From the NCBI GenBank assembly GCA_016782425.1, contig JADHYN010000007.1, forward strand, positions 1-45,285: 45,285 nucleotides of DNA. The letters are read 5' to 3'. The position numbers and the translations under genes were made by a program. Source of the DNA: Candidatus Omnitrophota bacterium. Its GTDB lineage: Bacteria; Omnitrophota; Gorgyraeia; JABMRN01; RBG-13-46-9. Position 1 is the stretch's first letter; each line of letters starts with the position of its first letter. The notes beneath the pieces are model-generated. The model was given only the letters and a program-made list of their open reading frames with translations, had not been told where the DNA came from and made no database searches. Shown here in pieces: positions 9,515-18,313 of this stretch.

Positions 9515-10796
9515 GAGGGTGCTCGTTATAGGTCAGGGCGGAAGAGAGCACGCGCTTCTGTGGAAGTTAAAACAGTCTAAAAGAATAAAAAAGCTTTTCT
9601 CGGCCCCGGGAAACGGCGGAACAGCCGAGATCGCTCGAAACGTCGATATAAAAGCAAACGATCTAGAGGGCTTAAGCAAATTTTGCAAAGATGAGAAAAT
9701 CGATCTTACAATTGTCGGACCGGAGGCACCGCTTGCAGAGGGCATAGTCGATCTATTTAGCAAAAAGGGCCTTAAGATATTCGGTCCTACAAAAGCCTCG
9801 GCGCAACTTGAAGCGAGCAAAATTTTCACGAAAGAACTTTGCGAAAGCGAAAAGATTCCGACCGCATGGTTTAACACTTTCGACGACGCACAAAAAGCCA
9901 AGGATTTCGTAAAATCAAAAGGCGCGCCCATTGTCATAAAAAAAGACGGGTTAGCAGCAGGTAAGGGCGTAATCGTAGCAAATACCGAATCCGAGGCAAT
10001 AGACGCCATAGACAAGATAATCGTAGAAAAAGCATTCGGCGCATCCTATAACAAGGTGATAGTAGAAGAGTGCCTGGAGGGTGAAGAGGCCTCCGTTATT
10101 GTTTTATCCGACGGTGAAAATATCGTTCCCCTTGCCTCAAGCCAGGACCACAAAAGGGTATTCGATGGAGACAAGGGCGCTAATACCGGCGGCATGGGCG
10201 CTTATTCTCCGGCGCCTGTAGTAACCGACGATATTTTTAACGAAACAATTTCAAAAATAATAAAACCGACAATCGCCGGCATGAAAAAAAGAGGCACCCC
10301 TCACAAGGGCGTTTTATACGCCGGCATAATGATTACCAGGGATGGCCCGAAACTCCTGGAATACAACGTGAGATTCGGCGATCCCGAAACCCAGGCGATT
10401 TTACCGAGGCTGGATTCCGATCTTTTAGAATTAATTGAGCGGGCCATGAACGGTTCTCTCGCGGGCTGTAATCTAAAATGGCGCAAAAAAAGTTGCGCAT
10501 GCGTCGTTATGGCCTCGGGCGGTTACCCCGGTAAGTATGAAAAGGGAAAAGAAATTACAGGCATCGAAAAAGCGCGCGAACTAAAAGATGTTTTGGTCTT
10601 TCATGCCGGCACAAAGCTTGAAAAGGCGAATAAGATTCTCACAAGCGGCGGCCGCGTTCTAAATGTGACGGCACTTGGTGACAATATTGAAAAAGCAATA
10701 GGTACTGCGTACAGGGCCTGTGATAAGATAAAATTCGATAACGCGCACTTCAGAAAAGATATAGGCTTCCGCGCAACGAAACAGGAAGTTTTATAG
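9513..10796 (+). CDS. purD: phosphoribosylamine-glycine ligase
   Basis: Starting at GTG 9513 gives M-RVLVIGQGGREHALLWKL, the canonical PurD N-terminus. ATG 9465 (ATGA overlap with purM) and the track start 9417 would add 16-32 aa encoded by the hairpin element. Confidence 0.85.
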   Translation: MRVLVIGQGGREHALLWKLKQSKRIKKLFSAPGNGGTAEIARNVDIKANDLEGLSKFCKDEKIDLTIVGPEAPLAEGIVDLFSKKGLKIFGPTKASAQLEASKIFTKELCESEKIPTAWFNTFDDAQKAKDFVKSKGAPIVIKKDGLAAGKGVIVANTESEAIDAIDKIIVEKAFGASYNKVIVEECLEGEEASVIVLSDGENIVPLASSQDHKRVFDGDKGANTGGMGAYSPAPVVTDDIFNETISKIIKPTIAGMKKRGTPHKGVLYAGIMITRDGPKLLEYNVRFGDPETQAILPRLDSDLLELIERAMNGSLAGCNLKWRKKSCACVVMASGGYPGKYEKGKEITGIEKARELKDVLVFHAGTKLEKANKILTSGGRVLNVTALGDNIEKAIGTAYRACDKIKFDNAHFRKDIGFRATKQEVL

Positions 10797-10807
10797 GAGG
10801 AGATATC

Positions 10808-11299
10808 ATGGCAAGAAAACCGCAAGTTTCGGTTATAATGGGAAGCGATTCGGATTTGGGCGTAATGAAAGAAACAATGCATGTTCTGCAAAAATTCAAG
10901 ATTCCTTATGAAGTAAAAATTTTATCCGCACACAGGTCACCTGATATGACCTCTAGCTTCTCCAAGCGGGCGGAAAAAAGAGGCATAAAGATTATAATAG
11001 CAGGCGCCGGAGGCGCGGCGCATTTGGCGGGCGTTGTCGCAAGCCATACGACTCTTCCGGTAATAGGCGTTCCCATGGATACAAAGGCCCTAAAGGGAAT
11101 CGATTCATTGTTGTCTACCGTTCAGATGCCGGGTGGTATTCCCGTCGCAACCGTTTCCATAGGAAACGCAGGCGCTAAAAACGCCGCGATCTTAGCTGCT
11201 GAAATCCTGGGTTTGGGTGACCGCGCGATGCGCAATAAACTAAAGTTACTCAAAGAAGAGCTTGTGAGTGCCGTCAAAAAGAAAAATAAAAAACTATAA
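10808..11299 (+). CDS. purE: 5-(carboxyamino)imidazole ribonucleotide mutase / AIR carboxylase catalytic subunit
   Basis: Contains VSVIMGSDSDL, SAHRSPD and AGGAAHLAGVVAS. Confidence 0.9.
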   Translation: MARKPQVSVIMGSDSDLGVMKETMHVLQKFKIPYEVKILSAHRSPDMTSSFSKRAEKRGIKIIIAGAGGAAHLAGVVASHTTLPVIGVPMDTKALKGIDSLLSTVQMPGGIPVATVSIGNAGAKNAAILAAEILGLGDRAMRNKLKLLKEELVSAVKKKNKKL

Positions 11300-11919
11300 T
11301 GGCCACGGAAACCAAGGTAATAAAAGTAGATCCGGCATCCCCCGACGAAAAGATAATCGAATTTGCAGCCACACTTTTGCGCCGCGGAGGGCTTGTCGCC
11401 TTTCCCACCGAAACAGTATACGGTATAGGTGCCAATTTCCTTAACGAAAGCACGATAAAAAGATTATATGAAATCAAGAAAAGGCCCGGAAATAAACCTT
11501 TTACAATTCATATATCAAGTGTTGATATGATCAGGGACATGGGCTGCGAGATTACGCCTCTGGCAGAAGAGCTTATAAAAACATTTTGGCCCGGGCCCCT
11601 TACGCTAATTTTAAAATCGAAAAACGGTAAACTCGGCTTTCGCATGCCTAAAAACAATATTGCGAAAGACCTTATATCTAAAAGTGGGGTGCCTATTGTT
11701 GCGCCAAGCGCTAATATATCTGGGGAAAAGCCGGCGACGGAGGCAGGCGAAATTTTAAAAACGCTAAGCGGAAAAATCGATTTAGTTTTAGACAGCGGGA
11801 AAACGGAATTCGGAAAAGAATCAACAGTTGTTGACATTACCGGCAATGCTTATAAAATATTACGAAAGGGATCGATTTCGGAAAACGAAATAACCAAAAC
11901 CGCAAGCAAAGTAGAATAA
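11299..11919 (+). CDS. tsaC: L-threonylcarbamoyladenylate synthase (YrdC/TsaC type, no Sua5 domain)
   Basis: Contains GGLVAFPTETVYGIGAN, KKRP..KPF and APSANISG. TAATG overlap with purE. Confidence 0.85.
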   Translation: MATETKVIKVDPASPDEKIIEFAATLLRRGGLVAFPTETVYGIGANFLNESTIKRLYEIKKRPGNKPFTIHISSVDMIRDMGCEITPLAEELIKTFWPGPLTLILKSKNGKLGFRMPKNNIAKDLISKSGVPIVAPSANISGEKPATEAGEILKTLSGKIDLVLDSGKTEFGKESTVVDITGNAYKILRKGSISENEITKTASKVE

Positions 11920-11943
11920 GGCAAAAGGGGTGATGCCCGGAAG

Positions 11944-12414
11944 ATGAAAAACATAAAGAAAATCTTAATAGTTTGCACAGGCAATAGTTGCAGGAGTATA
12001 ATGGCCGAAGGGTATCTGGCTAAAAGATTAAAAGAGATAGGCGCAAAAGACATGGTAGTTCATTCGGTAGGGACGCATGCAGTCCCCGGTTTTAAGCCTA
12101 CGGATGAGGCAATTGAAGTCATGAAAGAGCATGGCGTGGACGTATCAGGATACATGTCTTCGCCCTTGAATAAGATACATATAGATACTGCGGATATAAT
12201 ACTGGTTATGGAACCGTATCATAAAGAGAAAATTTTAAACCTGGCCCCTGATGTAGAAAAAAAGATAAAATACTTAAGGGAATTTTCGTCAAAAAAGAGC
12301 ATTGAAAAACGCAGGATAAGAGACCCTATCGGGCAACCTATTGAATTTTATAAAGAGGTTTTTAATGTCATAGAAGATTCTATCGAAGGGTTTTTAAAAT
12401 GGCTAAAAGAATAG
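11944..12414 (+). CDS. low-molecular-weight protein phosphatase (YwlE-like arginine/tyrosine phosphatase)
   Basis: Carries the CTGNSCRS P-loop near the N-terminus and the DP motif near the C-terminus. 156 aa. Confidence 0.8.
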   Translation: MKNIKKILIVCTGNSCRSIMAEGYLAKRLKEIGAKDMVVHSVGTHAVPGFKPTDEAIEVMKEHGVDVSGYMSSPLNKIHIDTADIILVMEPYHKEKILNLAPDVEKKIKYLREFSSKKSIEKRRIRDPIGQPIEFYKEVFNVIEDSIEGFLKWLKE

Positions 12415-12848
12415 CAATCGGCTCTGATCACGGCGGTTTTAAATTAAAAGAACTCCTTAAAGTATATCTTTTAAAAAAAGGTTACGCAGTAAAAGATTTC
12501 GGGGCATATACAAGTACCCCGTCTGATTACCCGCTCATAGGCTACAAAGTAGCAAAGAGTGTTTCCTCCGGCAAAATCAAAAAAGGAATCGCCATATGCA
12601 AAACCGGTATCGGCATGGCTATCATAGCGAATAAATTACCCGGGGTGCGCTCGGCTGTTTGCAACAATACTGCCCAGGCAAAAACATCAAGGCTTCACAA
12701 TGATACAAACGTTCTTAGCCTCGCTGCGAAATTCGTAAATTCTAATAAAGCAAAGAAAATCGTTAACATATGGCTTACAACCAAGGCCGAAGGCCACCGA
12801 CACAAAAGGCGCGTGAATCAAATTAATCAATTGGAGAAAAAACGATGA
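12399..12848 (+). CDS. rpiB: ribose-5-phosphate isomerase B
   Basis: Contains [14 protein letters not shown] and the C..G.GM.I.ANK motif. 149 aa. Confidence 0.9.
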   Translation: MAKRIAIGSDHGGFKLKELLKVYLLKKGYAVKDFGAYTSTPSDYPLIGYKVAKSVSSGKIKKGIAICKTGIGMAIIANKLPGVRSAVCNNTAQAKTSRLHNDTNVLSLAAKFVNSNKAKKIVNIWLTTKAEGHRHKRRVNQINQLEKKR

Positions 12849-14110
12849 GGCATCTAAAGAAGGTAGATCCCGAAATTTTTAAAGCCGTCTTAAATGAAAC
12901 CAAGCGCCAGAATAATAAACTGGAACTCATAGCCAGCGAGAATTTCACCTCAAGAGCCGTTATGGAAGCCGAGGCAAGCGCCATGATTAACAAGTATGCC
13001 GAAGGCTACCCGGGCAAACGCTGGTATTCGGGATGCGAGTTTGTTGATATAGCAGAACGTCTTGCGGTAGAAAGGGCGAAAAAGCTATTCGGCGCCGAAC
13101 ATGCAAACGTTCAACCTCATTCCGGTTCACAGGCCAACCAGGCAGTTTATTTCTCGATGCTTAATATAGGCGACACGGTTCTGGCGATGGACTTAAGATG
13201 CGGCGGCCACCTGACGCATGGCCACAATCATAATTTTTCAGGCAAATATTTTAACGTCGTGCATTACTGTGTAGATAAAAAAACAGAAATGCTCGATTAT
13301 GATGTAATCGGTAATCTTGCAAAAATCCACAAACCAAAAATGATACTAACCGGCGCCAGCGCATACTCGCGGATCATAGATTTCAAAAAATTTAGAAAAA
13401 TATGTGACGAAGTAGGCGCATTTTTAATGGTGGATATGGCTCATATCGCAGGCCTTGTAGCAGCCGGGCTTCATCCGAACCCCGTTAAATACGCGGAATT
13501 TGTTACTACCACCACGCATAAAACAATGCGCGGCCCACGGTCCGGCGTAATTTTATGTCAAAAAAGATTTGCGAAAAAAATTGACGCCCAAATTTTCCCG
13601 GGAATCCAAGGTGGTCCCTTCATGCATGTTATAGCAGCGAAGGCAGTTTGCTTTAAAGAGGCCCTCGAACCCTCCTTCAAAAAATATCAGGGCCAGGTTA
13701 TAAAAAACGCAAGAGCGCTTGCCAAAGGCCTTTCCGGAAGGGGATATAGAATTGTATCGGGTGGCACGGATAATCACCTACTTTTAGTCGACCTTTCGAA
13801 TAAAAACCTTACGGGAAAGCGCGCAAGCCAAATTTTAGATGACGTCGGTATAACTGTTAATAAAAACCTCATTCCTTTCGACAAACGAAGCCCGACTATT
13901 GCAAGCGGCATTCGTCTGGGAACGCCTGCCCTTACTACTCGCGGAATGAAAGAGAAAGAGATGCTCGAAATAGCCGAGTTAATCGATATGACACTAAAGA
14001 ATTCGGCAAACGGTAAAAACTTTTCTTTGGTGATGGAAGAAGTAAAGAAGCTTACCGAAAGATTTCCTCTTTATCAGGATTTAATAAAGGAATTAGAAAA
14101 AACCTCATGA
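12845..14110 (+). CDS. glyA: serine hydroxymethyltransferase
   Basis: Contains [11 protein letters not shown] and the [17 protein letters not shown]-lysine motif. Confidence 0.95.
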   Translation: MRHLKKVDPEIFKAVLNETKRQNNKLELIASENFTSRAVMEAEASAMINKYAEGYPGKRWYSGCEFVDIAERLAVERAKKLFGAEHANVQPHSGSQANQAVYFSMLNIGDTVLAMDLRCGGHLTHGHNHNFSGKYFNVVHYCVDKKTEMLDYDVIGNLAKIHKPKMILTGASAYSRIIDFKKFRKICDEVGAFLMVDMAHIAGLVAAGLHPNPVKYAEFVTTTTHKTMRGPRSGVILCQKRFAKKIDAQIFPGIQGGPFMHVIAAKAVCFKEALEPSFKKYQGQVIKNARALAKGLSGRGYRIVSGGTDNHLLLVDLSNKNLTGKRASQILDDVGITVNKNLIPFDKRSPTIASGIRLGTPALTTRGMKEKEMLEIAELIDMTLKNSANGKNFSLVMEEVKKLTERFPLYQDLIKELEKTS

Positions 14111-14562
14111 AAAATCAAATGCGCCCGAATTGGGATGAATATTTTTTGTCCATAGCAAAACTTGTTTCAAAACGCTCCACCTGTTTGAGAAGAAAAGTCG
14201 GAGCGGTTTTGGTGAAGGATAAAAGGATTCTCGCCACAGGTTATAACGGCGCCCCCTCTAACATAAAGCATTGCGAAAAAACAGGTTGTCTCCGGGAAAA
14301 GCTCAGAGTCCCGTCAGGCCAGCGGCATGAATTATGCCGCGGGCTACACGCCGAACAAAACGCGCTTCTCCAGGCAGCTCTTCACGGTGTGAGCGCGCAA
14401 GGCAGCAAGATGTACGCGACAAGCCAGCCATGTATCATATGCGCAAAAATGCTTATAAACGCCGGCATAAAAGAAATCGCAATCTCAGGCCATTATCCGG
14501 ATAAGATGGCAAAAAGATTCCTGAAAGAAGCCGGAATAAAGGTTAAGGTGCTTAAGAAATGA
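14107..14562 (+). CDS. dCMP deaminase (ComEB-like cytidine/deoxycytidylate deaminase)
   Basis: Contains the HAEQNA and PCIICAK zinc-binding motifs. 151 aa. Confidence 0.85.
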   Translation: MKNQMRPNWDEYFLSIAKLVSKRSTCLRRKVGAVLVKDKRILATGYNGAPSNIKHCEKTGCLREKLRVPSGQRHELCRGLHAEQNALLQAALHGVSAQGSKMYATSQPCIICAKMLINAGIKEIAISGHYPDKMAKRFLKEAGIKVKVLKK

Positions 14563-15008
14563 AGTGTCCCTATTGCCGCGGTAAAAGGGATAAGGTCGTT
14601 GATTCCCGCTCCATCCGCGGAAGTCAGGCTGTCCGCAGGCGCAGGGAATGCCTAAGGTGCCACAAAAGATATACTACCTACGAATACGTCGAAGAAATTC
14701 CAATCATGGTTATAAAATCAGACGGCCGCCGTGAACCGTTCGATAGGCAGAAAATCTTGAGCGGACTCATGAAGGCCTGCGAGAAAAGGCCGATCTCTGT
14801 CGAGAAACTGGAAAATATCGTAACAAAGATCGGAACACAGTTCCAGAATAAATTCGTAAAAGAAATAAAATCGAAAATTGTAGGCGAAATGGTCATGAAA
14901 TCCCTGCGCGCTTTAGACGAAGTCGCCTACGTGCGATTCGCCTCTGTCTACCGCCAGTTCCGCGACGTATCACAATTTACCAGAGAACTCAAAACCTTCC
15001 TAAAGTAG
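14559..15008 (+). CDS. nrdR: transcriptional repressor NrdR
   Basis: MKCPYC....VVDSR zinc ribbon followed by an ATP-cone. 149 aa. Confidence 0.9.
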   Translation: MKCPYCRGKRDKVVDSRSIRGSQAVRRRRECLRCHKRYTTYEYVEEIPIMVIKSDGRREPFDRQKILSGLMKACEKRPISVEKLENIVTKIGTQFQNKFVKEIKSKIVGEMVMKSLRALDEVAYVRFASVYRQFRDVSQFTRELKTFLK

Positions 15009-15012
15009 TTAA

Positions 15013-15046
15013 TTATAAGAAACAAGAGATGTAATTCCTTTCCCCA
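15013..15046 (+). repeat. 34-nt repeat, copy A (solo)
   Basis: TTATAAGAAACAAGAGATGTAATTCCTTTCCCCA. It matches copy B at 31 of 34 positions, and all differences are transitions. Confidence 0.8.
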
Positions 15047-15082
15047 AAAACCTTACCTATTTTTGTAAGTCTCTACCTGACT

Positions 15083-15293
15083 TTATAAGAAGCAAGAGAC
15101 GCAATTCCTTTCCCCACGAAAATTTCTGTTCACTAAAAGTAAAGCTTCGTCTTCTATCTCGATTTTTAGAAAGGATGCCTGCCGAGAGACAGGTAGGCAG
15201 GCATCCTTAAGGAAATATCTAAAAATCTCGATAAAAGACTGAAATTTTATAAGAAAGGGGGCCCTTTGGAATTGCATCTCTTGCTTCTTATAA
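15083..15293. repeat. MITE-like palindromic module: 26-bp terminal inverted repeats (copy B 15083-15108, copy C 15268-15293) around a 13-bp-stem central hairpin
   Basis: TTATAAGAAGCAAGAGACGCAATTCC pairs with GGAATTGCATCTCTTGCTTCTTATAA at 25 of 26 positions. The central hairpin is AAGGATGCCTGCC/GGCAGGCATCCTT at 15171-15208. No coding capacity. Confidence 0.6.
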
Positions 15294-15359
15294 ACAAAGC
15301 CTCTTTAACAGGCTAAGGGCTCGGCACCTGCTAATTCAAATAGAAGGAGCCCCTTTATT

Positions 15360-15522
15360 GCGGAATGAGAGGGTATTGGCGTGCGGCTTTTTGTGCGGTC
15401 TTGTAGGAGATCCTTTCTTTCCGCAATAATAAATTACAAATATAGCTTAATACAATTTTTTGAAGAAGAAAGAGCTCCGTCGAAAGTGCCATGCCGCCCT
15501 CACCAATACCCTCTCATTCCGC
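15360..15522. repeat. second long palindromic module (20-bp perfect outer stem, imperfect rod, AT-rich apex)
   Basis: GCGGAATGAGAGGGTATTGG (15360-15379) pairs with CCAATACCCTCTCATTCCGC (15503-15522). Further inner pairings include GGAG..CTTTCTT with AAGAAAG..CTCC. Confidence 0.7.
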
Positions 15523-15556
15523 TAGTTGGTAGGGACCCGCAAAAATAAGCGAGCCG

Positions 15557-17020
15557 TTAGATTCTATTTAGATCGACGGCTAAGGAAGAGGAGACTTTTT
15601 CGTTTTTGATCCAGTTTTCGAGGGCTTTCATTTTTTTTATGGTAAGTACCTTATTTTTGTAGTTTTCCTTTTCGCTTTCGAATTTCTCGACGTCTATAAA
15701 TTCAATCTCTGTCGGCTCTATGAGGGCGAAGCCTTTTCGTACTTCTATGGGCGAAGAAAGCGCGCCTACTTCGAGTTTTAAGGCGCTTTCCACGATTTTA
15801 TGCGCTTCCCCGACACCTTCAACATAATCGTATCTCGAAATAAAACCGGTTCGGCGGAGCTCCAAATTGTATTTATCGGCTATTTTCTTAAGAGACATGT
15901 TTTTGTCTTCAGCGGCCCTGTAAATATTTTCCGCCTCACGCCTGGCCAGGACCTTTGCTTCCTCATCTTTTAGGATATCTTTAATATAAGTCGAAACCAA
16001 CTCTCTTGATTTAATTCCCGGGGGAAGTTTTTCTTTTACCATTATGATGTAGGAAGTTCCTATATCATTCTCGGAAATAAGAGGAATCACGTCCACGAGC
16101 GGCCTTAACCTGGATGAGAGAATGCTGGCCTCGCCCGCGTTTTCTAATTCGGAGACGATCTCATCCCTTGAGAAAGGAGACGTTTCCCTGACTTCTAAAT
16201 TTAAGTGTTTAGCCGTTTTTTCAAAGTCGCGCCCGCGGCGCCTTAACTTTTCATAGGAAGCTTTTAAGTCGGACAATACCCTTTCCTTTGCACCCTCTTC
16301 CTTGTGCGGAAAAGCTACATATTGAAGAACAGTTTTCTCCGGCTCCGCAAAAAGCTCTTTATTTTTTTCATAAAAGAAAGTTATCTCACTTTCAGAAACC
16401 TCCACGTTTTCCCTAAAAAAATCTTTATCGATTACCGCGTAAGAAAGCTTAACCTTTTCAAGTTCATTTTTATATGACTTAAGCGCTTCCTCGTCGGATA
16501 CGGTAACATTTTTTATGATTGCTTCTTTGAACTTTGCATTAACTAAGAAGTTTCTTACATTCTCCTCAAAAACGCGCGGTATCATACCAAGACTATTTTT
16601 CAGAATGTAATTATATAATTTATCGTCAAATACAGTACCCCTAGAAAAAAGAGGGTGACGCGTTATAAATCCTACAACCTCTCTATTGGAGACAGTAATT
16701 TTATCTTTTCCGGCAGTTCTTTTTATCATCAAGTTTTCCCAGGCCAGGCGGTTTAAAAGAGGCCTATCCTTCTGTATCTTATCGAGCACCTCGGATTGAT
16801 TGAAATAACTCAAAAAAAGACCAACCTGCACATCTTTTATGCTTTCTACGAATTCATCAACAGGTACTTTTTTTCCATCAATCGTACCGATGTATTTAAA
16901 AGGCGTGCTTCTTTTTGAAAGACTCCCTGCGCCCCAGAGGACAAAAGCAGGGATAATTATAACGGCAAGGCCCCACAGAACTTTCTTGGCTATTTTCTTT
17001 TTTCTTAAAAGAGTAAGCAT
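15557..17020 (-). CDS. PpiD/SurA-like periplasmic chaperone (peptidyl-prolyl isomerase family)
   Basis: N-terminal anchor MLTLLRKKKIAKKVLWGLAVIIIPAFVLWG, a SurA-N-like region and a degenerate parvulin-like segment. The ATG at 17020 is preceded by AGGAGAG; the track start at 17086 is over-extended. Confidence 0.7.
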   Translation of the reverse strand: MLTLLRKKKIAKKVLWGLAVIIIPAFVLWGAGSLSKRSTPFKYIGTIDGKKVPVDEFVESIKDVQVGLFLSYFNQSEVLDKIQKDRPLLNRLAWENLMIKRTAGKDKITVSNREVVGFITRHPLFSRGTVFDDKLYNYILKNSLGMIPRVFEENVRNFLVNAKFKEAIIKNVTVSDEEALKSYKNELEKVKLSYAVIDKDFFRENVEVSESEITFFYEKNKELFAEPEKTVLQYVAFPHKEEGAKERVLSDLKASYEKLRRRGRDFEKTAKHLNLEVRETSPFSRDEIVSELENAGEASILSSRLRPLVDVIPLISENDIGTSYIIMVKEKLPPGIKSRELVSTYIKDILKDEEAKVLARREAENIYRAAEDKNMSLKKIADKYNLELRRTGFISRYDYVEGVGEAHKIVESALKLEVGALSSPIEVRKGFALIEPTEIEFIDVEKFESEKENYKNKVLTIKKMKALENWIKNEKVSSSLAVDLNRI

Positions 17021-17108
17021 GATTTCTCTCCTTTTGTTTTGTGTTATTATATGGTTTTTCGGCGACTTACGCAAGCATTTTAACACATATTCACCCCGCC
17101 CAAATACC

Positions 17109-17137
17109 TTGACACTATACCCTAATATAGATATAAT
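17109..17137 (+). promoter_or_regulatory. consensus sigma70 promoter upstream of the hisG leader
   Basis: TTGACA (17109-17114), a 17-nt spacer, then TATAAT (17132-17137). Confidence 0.55.
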
Positions 17138-17168
17138 ATACTCGATTTAGATATACCAATTGAATAAG

Positions 17169-17300
17169 ATGCGTAAACGCAGGGTAAAAATAAGGAAAAA
17201 GTGGGTCATAAACCCCAAAACACGGGTAAAGGAAAGTAAGAAAATATACTCAAGAAAAAGAAGTAAGAAGCGTCTTAAGAAAGATTTAGAGAGGGCATAA
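17169..17300 (+). CDS. candidate 43-aa highly basic small protein or leader ORF, absent from the track
   Basis: Hand translation: [43 protein letters not shown] (22 of 43 residues are K/R). It ends 2 nt before the hisG ATG. No obvious SD. Confidence 0.3.
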   Translation: MRKRRVKIRKKWVINPKTRVKESKKIYSRKRSKKRLKKDLERA

Positions 17301-17302
17301 GA

Positions 17303-18172
17303 ATGAAGCTAAAACTTGGCATACCGAAGGGCAGTTTACAGGATTTGACGGTTAAGCTTTTCGATAAAGCAGGCTTTACCATCAACGTTTCAAAGAGAAG
17401 CTATTTTCCGTCCATAGACGATAAAGAGATTGAGGCGGTGCTTTTCAGGGCGCAGGAGATGTCGCGCTATGTTGAAAACGGCATAATCGACTGCGGCATT
17501 ACGGGGAGAGACTGGATTTTGGAAAACAACTCTAAAGTCGTAAAAGTGGCAGAACTAATTTATGCAAAACAGAGCCTCAAACCGGTGCGCTGGGTGTTGG
17601 CGGTTCCCGAAGGGTCTCCTGTAAGAAGCGTAAAAGACCTTAGAAATAAAAGCATTGCGACTGAACTCGTCAACGTTACAAAAAGCTACCTCAAGAAAAA
17701 AGGCGTAAAGGCTGACGTTGAATTCAGCTGGGGCGCCACGGAAGTTAAAGCGCGAATGGGCGTAAGCGCCATCGTCGAGGTTACCGAAACCGGCGCAAGC
17801 TTAAGGGCCAACGGCCTGAAGATCATAGACACGATATGTGAATCGACAACGCAGTTTATTGCAAATAAAAAAGCCTGGCAAAACCCCAAGAAGAAAAAAA
17901 AGATAGAAAAAATCGTCCTTCTTTTAAAAGGAGCAATCCTGGCAGCCCAGAAAGTGGGCTTAAAGATGAACGTATCACAGAAAGACTTGAACAAAGTGCT
18001 TAAGATATTGCCCGCTATGAAAACCCCCACCGTTTCACAACTTTCGCAAAAAGGATGGTTTGATATAGATACAATAATAGACGAAGAGACCGTGAAAGAG
18101 ATTATCCCGAACCTGAAAAAAGCAGGCGCTCAAGGGATTATAGAATATCCGCTTAACAAAGTGATATATTAA
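17303..18172 (+). CDS. hisG: ATP phosphoribosyltransferase (long form with C-terminal regulatory domain)
   Basis: 289 aa. Contains [25 protein letters not shown] and a HisG_C-like tail. Confidence 0.9.
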   Translation: MKLKLGIPKGSLQDLTVKLFDKAGFTINVSKRSYFPSIDDKEIEAVLFRAQEMSRYVENGIIDCGITGRDWILENNSKVVKVAELIYAKQSLKPVRWVLAVPEGSPVRSVKDLRNKSIATELVNVTKSYLKKKGVKADVEFSWGATEVKARMGVSAIVEVTETGASLRANGLKIIDTICESTTQFIANKKAWQNPKKKKKIEKIVLLLKGAILAAQKVGLKMNVSQKDLNKVLKILPAMKTPTVSQLSQKGWFDIDTIIDEETVKEIIPNLKKAGAQGIIEYPLNKVIY

Positions 18173-18185
18173 AAAGGAGGTTACC

Positions 18186-18281
18186 ATGCCTTGCGGAAGA
18201 AAAAGAAAAAGACACAAGATTAAAACGCACAAAAGAAAAAAAAGACTAAGAAGAGACAGACATAAAAAGAGAAATCGCTAA
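18186..18281 (+). CDS. bS22 / AURKAIP1-COX24-like small ribosomal protein (31 aa), absent from the track
   Basis: Hand translation: MPCGRKRKRHKIKTHKRKKRLRRDRHKKRNR. AAGGAGG lies 5 nt upstream. The KRKRHK..THKRKKRLR..RHK pattern is what I recall for this family. Confidence 0.7.
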   Translation: MPCGRKRKRHKIKTHKRKKRLRRDRHKKRNR

Positions 18282-18313
18282 TTAATTTCGTTACGGAAAG
18301 CAGCTAAAAACAC

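Noticed and set aside
15013-15116. Two 34-nt direct repeats with a 70-bp period, considered as a possible mini-CRISPR array.
   Set aside because: There are only two direct copies, and they differ at 3 positions. The third copy is inverted rather than direct. No cas genes or leader are in the window. A TIR/MITE-like interpretation fits better.
15083-15277. A 64-aa - strand ORF inside the palindromic module.
   Set aside because: It lies entirely within inverted-repeat and hairpin sequence. It has no SD. The frame is a by-product of the palindrome.
16839-17150. A 103-aa + strand ORF spanning the ppiD 5' end and the promoter region.
   Set aside because: It is mostly antisense to the ppiD N-terminus. 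It runs through the predicted hisG-leader promoter and has no SD.
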